Source: a virus. Taken from it: a stretch of 64,000 nucleotides of DNA. Made by a program: the position numbers and the translations under genes. The stretch is from positions 18,209-82,208 of IMG/VR virus record IMGVR_UViG_3300019458_000024. One strand, written 5' to 3'. This document shows, one piece after another, positions 56,012-64,000 of this stretch (its first letter is position 1; every line of letters begins with the position of its first letter). A model generated the notes under the pieces. It did no database searches and was not told where the DNA came from. It worked only from the letters and a program-made list of their open reading frames with translations.

Positions 56012-56159
56012 GGTACGATACATTATCCCTAATGTAGCTTAAGGTACGATACATTATCCCTATACCTACATGGCAATTACTTACCACATGCAAATCCCAT
56101 GCCACGCTAAGTATGCGAAACCATTGGCTGGCATCAGAAATGCATTATAAGGGATCAAG

Positions 56160-56342
56160 ATGATGACACTGGCAAACATTTGGCTCCCCGGACTCTTCCT
56201 GTCGGCCTTCGCCATCGGTGTACTCGTAGCTGAGTATAACAGGGCAGTTTCCCGAGCTGTAAGCAAACGTAAGCAAGTTACCCGCAAAGCAGTGAGTGTT
56301 CCTGCTTTCACCCACAAGAAACCACAACCCGTAGCAGCGTAA
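56160..56342 (+). CDS. small membrane protein
   Basis: One transmembrane segment plus a basic tail. A sigma54-like TGGCATC-AGAA-ATGC lies at 56129-56143. Confidence 0.5.
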   Translation: MMTLANIWLPGLFLSAFAIGVLVAEYNRAVSRAVSKRKQVTRKAVSVPAFTHKKPQPVAA

Positions 56343-56356
56343 AGAAAGGTAAGACA

Positions 56357-56587
56357 ATGACCGACTATCAAAAAGGCTTCAAGAATGGCACGAGATTTGC
56401 AATATCAGCTCTCAGGAGACAAGGTGGGATAGAGTATGTAAAGGATGAGATCAAGGTAATAGAGACCACACCGAAGGGATGGGGAGCTGAATATCGCCAA
56501 GGGTGGGCAGATGGAGCTAAGTCGGAGCTGTTGGACGTACTTCCACCGCGAGAATCACAGCTTTGGTTACCTGAGAATACACCGTAA
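56357..56587 (+). CDS. hypothetical protein
   Basis: Repeated Y..G...G motifs, with an RBS. Confidence 0.6.
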   Translation: MTDYQKGFKNGTRFAISALRRQGGIEYVKDEIKVIETTPKGWGAEYRQGWADGAKSELLDVLPPRESQLWLPENTP

Positions 56588-56599
56588 CACAACAGGCCA

Positions 56600-56636
56600 T
56601 GGGGTAGGCAACTACCCCACCTCCCCCCCCCTTTTT
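56600..56636 (+). terminator. GNRA hairpin, possible terminator
   Basis: TGGGGTAG-GCAA-CTACCCCA, then a C-run and T5. Confidence 0.5.
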
Positions 56637-56847
56637 ACCTACATGTCTCGCTTTGTGGGGACTTTGAATACATAAGGGTCCCAGGGTACCAGACGGAGGT
56701 AAACATATGAATATATTGTTAGATCCCATATTGAAAATTTTTAATTAAAAAATTATTAGACATGCCTGATATAGACAGGTAAAGAAGAGTGTAGAATGAC
56801 CTAATAGATATGACAGTCAGTAATCCAAAGCCTGGAAGTGTATAAAT

Positions 56848-59733
56848 ATGAGTAATATAACTAAACGGCTGACCATTACAGAACGGTGGGAACAAGGGAT
56901 TCCCCACGATCCCCGCTCTAAGGCTCTATATAAGCATATAGAGGCGCTAGATTTTGAACAATGTGGAGACTACTTCGGTTTCAAGTCAGGCGGTGACGGA
57001 GACAATGGGGAGCATCTGATGTACCTAATGGATGATTATTGGGATCAGCAAGAAGAGTAAGGATATAAAATATGAGTGATTTCGAAGGGCAGCACGACAG
57101 TAACGAGGCGATCTGTCCATACTGTAAGTACAGCTACCAGGTGGAATCTGAGGACTACTTGGAAGACGTGCGGCCGGAAGAGTGTAGTGGCTGTGGAAAG
57201 AAGTACTACCTGTCCCAGTCGTTCAGCGTGGACCATACTACCGAGCCGGATTGTGAGCTGAATGGGGAACCGCACCAGTGGAAGGCTGAGAGCCTAGGTG
57301 GTGGTCAGGAACACCCGTTTTGCTCTGTCTGTGGAAAATGTCAGCCGCACCAAAGGGGTTTATAAATGCCTAAGTATATGGTTTATGTCCGCGAGGTTCG
57401 CATGGGGAAGATCGTGCTAGACAGCGGCCGTTTGTCGCTTCCAGAAGCAAAAGCGGTGAATCTATGAAAAAAGAAGTACTTACACCAGAACCTAAAAAAG
57501 AAGAAGATGACAGCTGTCCTAGCCCCCTTGGCATAGTGGCTCTAGTCTTTGCCATTATTGTTTTCTTTGTAGCCTTTATCTCTGGTATGGAAGCCGGGTC
57601 GGAGATTGCTCGCGAACTAACGACCAAGCAGAAAGCGATCATTGCTATTATTGCTCTTGTCGTATCCTTTGGCGGATTTGCCTGCTTTGCCTTGAGCTTT
57701 AAGAAAGAAGATGATAAGTGACCAGACGAACTCTTTATGCTTTAGAACGAGCGGTCATCGATTTCCGTGCTCGGATCGGTGAGGAATTAGAAGACGCGAC
57801 GCACAGCGCACTTCTTTCTCAAATGCGATACTACTCTGAACGGAGATGGTGTTGTGGCTGGTTAATAGATCTGGAATATGTACTTTGGGATGAGATCATG
57901 AACAGTGAGTCTACGGATCGGGATTTGCTTGAGATTGCTGAGCTTGCTGCTCATGTTAATGGTTGGTGGATTTGGAATAAGGATGAGGAACTGGAACGTT
58001 TCATTGAGTTGGCTGAGTGGGCGTCTAAGTTTGCAGTCTGGAAGGAAAACAAACTGGGGGTAATTGAAAGGGAATAGTATGTCACACGCAATAGTAAAAA
58101 TTATTTATGGAGTCCCACTTACAGAGATGGCTGGTTATCTAATGCAAGAGTGGGAGAGATCTGGTGATGAAAGATGGACCGATGGGTGTGGTTTCACTGA
58201 ACTCTACTCAGCTAGTCTTCCCTTTCCGATTGGCTACTGTGGGGTGGAACTGGATGAGCTTCCACCATATATTCCATGCAATACAGAAACTCTTCAATTT
58301 ATGCCAAATGCTGAACAATATTCAAAAGCGCGTAAGTTAGTAGATTCATTAGATCCGGCTTTGCGTGATTTGTGCGGTGACGAAGGTATTTATTTTATTT
58401 GGAGCGACGCATGATCGGCAGCAAGATAAATGTAAAGTTGCCATCCACTCCACCAACTGAAGGCTGGAGTGTTGTATGTTACGAGGTTCACTACAAACGG
58501 AATGAGGACTCATTTTGGGACAAGTTTCCTTGTATTGACTGGTCTGTTGTCATCGAATTCACAGAAACACAAGGACCTTTTTACAATTATCATGTTGAAC
58601 AGATCAGACAGTGGTGGAGTGATGAAGCTTATGTTTCAGCTAGGGAGTGCACCGATGAAGAGTAAGCGTGAAAGTGCTATGACGGAAAACTTTGTAACTT
58701 TATACGGAATGAAAGATTCTGTTTATGTTGTGTTTGGTACAGCTGGGAAATGGTCTGATCGCGATGAATGGCCTATCGCCTACCATTTACATGAGGAGGA
58801 TGCTAAAGCGCACGTAACGGCTGCTACGAAGCGTGCCAATGAATTGTTCGCAGACAAGGAGGCATTGGATGCCGCTGAAGAAGAAGCGAATTCATACGCA
58901 ACATCTCAGCTTCCGCCATCTCCACGATGGGGGGACTACAATCAATCCCCAGAAAGGATGGATAAATTACTAGAGTTGAATAACGAGTGGTCGAAACGTT
59001 TTGACACCGTCAAGAGGGCGTATAAAGAAACGATGCCTGAAAAGTTCAATGTATACGATTTGGATATGAGTCGGGATTGGCCTACTACTTATTACTACAT
59101 GGAAGTGACAAAAGTATGATTACCGCAAACTTTTGTGTTTATACTTGGTGGATAGTGGCCGCAGTGCTTTCTGTCATCACTTGTGTGATAGTAAGTTTTT
59201 GCAACGCTTGGAAAGAATTTGAAATGAAGGGAGGTACGGTATGGTTTGTAATTTTCGCAGTTTGGCCACTCGCCACAGCGGTTGGATTAGTACTACTTCC
59301 TTTGGTAATACTACCAACTTTCATTGGTGAAAGATTTAGACAATGGAAAGAATCGCCAAAACTTCCAAAAGCCGCCGTCAGAAGAGTGTAGAATGACCTA
59401 ATATAGATGAGATAGTTGCCAGGATTGTAAAGCGAGCTAAGGAGCAATAATATGAGTATGAGTACGCATGTAATTGGTTTTCATCCACCAAACGATAAGT
59501 GGAAACAGATGAAAGCGATCTGGGATTCTTGTGTGTCGGCTGGTGTAGATGTTCCGGGGGAAGTGTATGATTTTTTCGATGGAGAATCCCCAGATGAACG
59601 CGGCGTAGAGTTTGATTTGAAAGATGCTGGAGTGGCGACGGAGTGGGAAGATCGTCATCGGCAAGGTTATGAACTCGAAATTGCTAAACTACCGCCCAAT
59701 ATTACACACATTCGTTTCTACAATAGTTGGTAA
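56848..59733 (+). CDS. run of about nine small hypothetical genes (56848, 57072, 57464, 57718, 58079, 58411, 58655, 59117, 59452)
   Basis: Tightly packed + strand ORFs, including Zn-finger and membrane proteins. No function recognised. Confidence 0.6.
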
Positions 59734-60890
59734 TATCATAAAATGGGGTTGACACGTCTAGTGCTTTATCGTAGTGTACAAAATCGTAAATAAAAAGGAG
59801 ATCCAAATGACCCGACTATTCGCATACCACAACGATCCTGAATTCCGTGAACGCTTCCTAAAAGAAATTCGTTGGCACCAAGAGCAGGACGCCATCATCC
59901 AAGGACAGTATGAAGGACTAGTCGGTGGCCAGTGGAAAGGCTGCGCTATTGGATGCTCTCTGCGATCTTTGAACCGCCTTAACAATGACTTCAGCGACCA
60001 AGGAAATGTCTTCGCCGCGCGTCATCAGCGCTATCCAACAGAGCTTGGCATCCCCGAGGTTCTGGCCCGACTCGAAGATCGCTTGTTCGAGCTTCAATCT
60101 ATGAAAGATGCCAATGCTTGGCCGCTTCGCTTCTCTGAAGCTATACGCGCAGGTGCCGACCTGTCTCTGGTATGGCCCCGATTTGCCGTCTGGATGCTAA
60201 TAGATCCGACACACGGAGTCATCAACCACACCAGCGATCGCAAAGACGTTACGGACGCTGTCGCAAAAGTCGCCGCGCTTTGGCAACGCGTTGTCGATGG
60301 GGAGACAGTAAGCCCAGACGAACTTCGATCTACCTACACTTATGTCTGCGCTGCTGATGCTGCTTATGCTGCTGCTTATGCTGATGCTTATGCTGATGCT
60401 GCTGCTTATGCTGCTGCTTATGCTGCTGCTGATGCTGCTGCTGCTGCTGATGCTGCTTATGCTGCTGCTTATGCTGCTGCTTATGCTGATGCTGCTGCTT
60501 ATGCTGCTGCTTATGCTGCTGTTCATGCTGCTGCTTATGCTGCTGCTGCTGCTTATGCTGCTGCTGATGCTGCTGATGCTGCTGCTTATGCTGATGCTGA
60601 TGCTGCTGATGCACGACAACAGTGGGCAAAGGCAGCCGCCGACAAGCTCGTCGAACTGCTGAGGTCCTGTTAATGCGTTGCTTATTTTATATAAAAGGTA
60701 GTGTACAAAATCGTAAAGGAGATCATGTATGAGTATTTTGTGTCCTGTTATTGAGAGTGTTGAAGAGTTGAAAAAATACAAAATGGTGCCAAACCAACAC
60801 AATATTGTGTTTATCAAGTTAGGCACTCTTTTGGCTATTCGTTTCTACAATAGTTGGTAATATCATAAAATGGGGTTGACACGTCTAGTG
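59710..60890 (+). repeat. 54-bp perfect direct repeat (59710-59763 and 60837-60890) containing a -35 box
   Basis: ATTCGTTTCTACAATAGTTGGTAATATCATAAAATGGGGTTGACACGTCTAGTG. The first copy forms TTGACA-N17-TAGTGT. Confidence 0.9.
59807..60673 (+). CDS. phage protein with an Ala-rich AAAY/AAAD repeat tract
   Basis: AAGGAG RBS before ATG 59807; IIQG.Y..KGCAIGC; GCT-based repeat at ~60349-60610. Confidence 0.75.
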   Translation: MTRLFAYHNDPEFRERFLKEIRWHQEQDAIIQGQYEGLVGGQWKGCAIGCSLRSLNRLNNDFSDQGNVFAARHQRYPTELGIPEVLARLEDRLFELQSMKDANAWPLRFSEAIRAGADLSLVWPRFAVWMLIDPTHGVINHTSDRKDVTDAVAKVAALWQRVVDGETVSPDELRSTYTYVCAADAAYAAAYADAYADAAAYAAAYAAADAAAAADAAYAAAYAAAYADAAAYAAAYAAVHAAAYAAAAAYAAADAADAAAYADADAADARQQWAKAAADKLVELLRSC

Positions 60891-60928
60891 TGACTGATTT
60901 AGAGTAACTTTTCGAAAGGAGATAACAG

Positions 60929-61168
60929 ATGTCGAAAAATATGAATCACAATGTGAATTTGATAGAGTCTGATGCACTAACAGGAGAACAGATTATTTAC
61001 AACGGGTTGTTGGCGATTGCAAGATCGCTGGAAGAGGTAGCGGCGGCTATGCGTATGCAGGCAGAGGCTACTGATGGTTTGTTGTGTGGTCTCAAGTACA
61101 GTAAGAAAGATGGTATGTCAATTGCCGAAGCCATTGAGGTTGCTGCTCGTGAAATTGCCGGCCGCTAA
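60929..61168 (+). CDS. hypothetical protein
   Basis: AAGGAG RBS. Confidence 0.65.
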   Translation: MSKNMNHNVNLIESDALTGEQIIYNGLLAIARSLEEVAAAMRMQAEATDGLLCGLKYSKKDGMSIAEAIEVAAREIAGR

Positions 61169-61199
61169 TTTTTGAAAAAAGAAAAGAAAGGAAATTGCT

Positions 61200-61514
61200 A
61201 TGAACACAGTCAAGGTAAGGTATGAGGGAATCTCTCCATTGATCATGCACAACGGACAGTTGGCGGATCCATTAAACAAATTTTCTAAAGAGTTGAAAAA
61301 GCTTTCTGGAAAGCGAAAGAAAGTAGATTCGGACTATGAGGAGATGGGGCGCGTGGAGTGGTATGGTAGTTTGTACATCAACGAAGATGGGAAACCGTGC
61401 CTGCCTGGACGTGTACTAGAGGCTAATATCATTGAGGGAGCTAAAGTGCATAAGTTGGGAACAGCGTTTCAAGGAACTGTGTGGGTTGACGATACCGCAG
61501 ACTGTGCGTTTTAA
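61200..61514 (+). CDS. phage hypothetical protein, possibly 3'-truncated
   Basis: GISPLIMHN..LADP...EWYGSLY. Confidence 0.55.
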   Translation: MNTVKVRYEGISPLIMHNGQLADPLNKFSKELKKLSGKRKKVDSDYEEMGRVEWYGSLYINEDGKPCLPGRVLEANIIEGAKVHKLGTAFQGTVWVDDTADCAF

Positions 61515-61776
61515 TTTTAGAGACAAACCAGTGATCGGACCGCCTAGTGCTGAGTCTGTGCCGAATTCAGTTGTGAAAGCAGTGAGGGATGGGTGTCGTC
61601 CTGTTTGGGCGGATGGAGTGTTTGGTTGGGCTTGGCACTGTACGTGTGAGGATAATCGCCATGGTTGTGATCAACAATGCAGTAAAATAGGCGGCAAGAG
61701 GAGGAGAATCAAATGAGTAAGATTGTTTACGTAGTGGCGCGCACATGCGGCTGTTCGACTACGAGGTACCAGCGCT

Positions 61777-62808
61777 ATGAGTAAACTCAACCTCAATCAC
61801 TTGAAACAACTACTCGATGAACACAAAGGCGCACTTTGTTACCAAGGTCGAACGCGTCGCATGGGTGAGGCTTTTGCTCAACTTCCTGCCTTGATCGAAG
61901 CGTTGGAGAAGTATGGATGGCACGGCAAAACGTGCGCGTATTACAGTGATGAAAACTGGCCCAGCGACGGCCCCTGCACCTGCGGCTGGTCCAACATTCA
62001 AAAGACGATAAAGCCGAATTTATTGTCACTGCAGGACGCACATCATACATTTCTGAAGGATGAGGAGTAAGAGATGTTGAAGGACAACCGAGTTTGTGAC
62101 CGTTGTAATACGTCGCACGGAAGAGACGGCAAATACTGGGTTAAGTGTATGCAGGATAGCGGCAGTGGAGGACCCTACAACTATAATTTTGTACACGGCT
62201 GGCGTATGGATTTATGTAACAAGTGCGCTGAAGAATTCTGTGAGTGGGTTGATGCAGGACCCTATTCCCTTACAGGCGGTCACGTTAGATTTGATAATAA
62301 TGGAGAAAGGTAAATGAATATTCTTAGTTGTTGTGGTTGTTCGTGTGGTAGATGTTCACATGTAGGTGGACACTACGATCACACCAGTGAGTGTAAGGAT
62401 CGTTTCTATGCTGAGCAAGACGGCCTTCTAGCAGAGTCGCCATCAGATAAAAATCCAAATACGCATTGTTATTACTGCGGCGAGGAATATCCTGTTTTAA
62501 TGCCCAATAGTGAACACAGGCGGTGTGGTAAGGCTTATTATCGTGGAGCCGAAGCCGAACGTTCGAAGCATTATCGTGGAGAAAGGTAAATGAATAGTGG
62601 TAGGTGTCCACATGACAATGTGGTCGATCCTCCGACGGGGAAATGTCTGAGAGTTTGTCTCGACTGCCTTAGACGACTGATCGAGTGCGATACGTGCGAT
62701 GCGGTCATCGTCGCCGGCCATGATGACATCGGCGATTGGACCAAGCACGGGACGATCCAAGGAGAGAGCATCATGAGGTGGACATCATGTCCGAACTGCT
62801 CTAACTAG
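61777..62808 (+). CDS. four small Cys-rich hypothetical genes (61777, 62074, 62314, 62590)
   Basis: CxxC motifs, coupled stops and starts. Confidence 0.6.
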
Positions 62809-62809
62809 T

Positions 62810-63094
62810 ATGGAGAGGGCGAACTTAAGTTTATTTGAATTTATTTGTCGTTCTCGTCACAAACGTATACTTGGTTCGTATTTTGTTAAATCTAGAAAGG
62901 CTAGAACTGTTCGTGAAATAGCAGAAAAAGTTGGTCTATCTAAAGAAACTGTCCGTCGTTTTATAAAAGAAACAATCCGCTGTAGATTTGTTGACGAATT
63001 GAAACCTACAAAACAAAATACTTTTGCTCGCTATATAGTCAATAAACAACATTATTTTTATAATATTATTTTGGAGTTATCTCGAAATGACTAA
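62810..63094 (+). CDS. winged-HTH DNA-binding protein
   Basis: TVREIAEKVGLSKETVRR. Confidence 0.7.
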   Translation: MERANLSLFEFICRSRHKRILGSYFVKSRKARTVREIAEKVGLSKETVRRFIKETIRCRFVDELKPTKQNTFARYIVNKQHYFYNIILELSRND

Positions 63095-63374
63095 ACAAGA
63101 GAAAATCAAGGAAGCGTTGTCTGTTATTATGAGCCGTGGTGGCGTAGATGGAGAACACCACAAACAATGGGTACTGGACCAAGTAGTGAGAGTATTAACT
63201 GACTGTCCTGTGACTGTTAAAACGAAAATACTTACTAGTGGAGTTCCATTCGACTACGAAGTTTTAGGAGAGTCTAAACAGTACAAAGCGTGGTTGGAAG
63301 AATATCGCGGCGCTTGGGATGATGAAAATGAAGAGTACGAGTTTGGTGAATGGGATGAAGGGATAGCTCCGTAA
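63087..63374 (+). CDS. phage hypothetical protein
   Basis: DGEHHKQWVLDQV.R.L...WDEGIAP. Confidence 0.7.
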   Translation: MTKQEKIKEALSVIMSRGGVDGEHHKQWVLDQVVRVLTDCPVTVKTKILTSGVPFDYEVLGESKQYKAWLEEYRGAWDDENEEYEFGEWDEGIAP

Positions 63375-63375
63375 T

Positions 63376-63729
63376 ATGGGTGGAAAACCAAAATCAGAAG
63401 TATTGAAAACCTGTGTGCGTTGCAACGGCTCTAAGCGTGTACAAACTACTGGTGGTAGATGTTGGGGCTGTAATTATGAAAACAGCACTTGCAGCGATTG
63501 TTATCGTGTCACCGGCTCAGAAGATTGCAGGCATTGCGACAAGACAGGGTATGAACCTAGAAATGTAACCTGCGTCACTTGCGATGGAAAAGGGGTGAAA
63601 CCTGATGACAAAGACTTTGATGTAGCCAAATGTAAGCATTGCTACGAAGGGAAACGGACCGAATACTGGGGTGCCGCAACCGGTAAGTTGGAATGGTACC
63701 ATCATGTTAGGAGGCGACAGTGGCCCTAG
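63376..63729 (+). CDS. DnaJ-type CxxCxGxG zinc-finger protein
   Basis: Multiple CxxCxG repeats. Confidence 0.65.
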   Translation: MGGKPKSEVLKTCVRCNGSKRVQTTGGRCWGCNYENSTCSDCYRVTGSEDCRHCDKTGYEPRNVTCVTCDGKGVKPDDKDFDVAKCKHCYEGKRTEYWGAATGKLEWYHHVRRRQWP

Positions 63730-64000
63730 ACTGGGGCGAAGGTATTGCACCATGCAAAGAAAGGGAAGATAGTATGAGAGAAAAAGTAAATACATGGGCT
63801 AGGTTTCTAGACAAAATTGTCTATAATGGCGTCCAACAAAGACCGGGTAATGATTCATCCAGTAGTCATTACCGTATTATTACTAATGAAGACGGTACGG
63901 TTTACGTTCATGATACAGGCTACTGTGATGTAGAAAAAACATTACAGGAAATTCGAGACTGGTTTTACTCGGAAGCACTAGGACCGATAGAGGAACTGGA

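Noticed and set aside
56386-56400. Perfect sigma54 match TGGCACG-AGAT-TTGC
   Set aside because: It lies inside a CDS (codons NGTRFA) with no adjacent palindrome or start, so it may be chance and was not counted.
60197-60826. Poly-S, poly-Q/H and poly-L/M ORFs
   Set aside because: These are alternate-frame shadows of the GCT repeat in the 59807-60673 gene.
1-64000. tRNA genes, reverse transcriptase/DGR, integrase, stop-codon recoding
   Set aside because: I noticed no cloverleaf, RT or recombinase motifs by eye. Long genes are intact in the standard code and all three stops are used. tRNAscan or an HMM search could still find something.

Overview
This is a 64 kb segment of a large tailed dsDNA phage genome (about 40% GC by eye, densely coding, no rRNA, tRNA or CRISPR seen). 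0-23 kb is a replication/recombination module: J-domain tail, initiator-like protein, class II ribonucleotide reductase with two HNH inteins, DnaB-like helicase, family A polymerase, UvsY-like protein, gp32-like SSB, RecA, Mre11/Rad50 pair, two DNA methyltransferases, Hjc-like resolvase and RNase H. 23-27 kb holds a GpA-type terminase large subunit and a putative small subunit. 27-46 kb holds nucleotide-metabolism, lysis and envelope genes. 46-64 kb is mostly small genes, with a divergence point near 49.8 kb and a ~1.7 kb non-coding block. Most notable: (1) a cluster of sigma54 (-24/-12) promoters at 49.7-56.2 kb, accompanied by a repeated TGGMAA-N4-TTGCCA palindrome and IHF-like boxes, several placed 13 nt before an ATG; (2) a methyltransferase intein whose HNH endonuclease is encoded in the +1 frame; (3) a ~165 nt structured-RNA candidate after the Rad50-like gene; (4) a 7-copy TGTAGAATGACCT promoter-like motif, one copy with an RBS-occluding hairpin; (5) unrelated proteins sharing a C-terminal W-N/A-F tail; (6) single genes bracketed by junction direct repeats. 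All calls come from motif recognition by eye; no database searches or folding programs were run.
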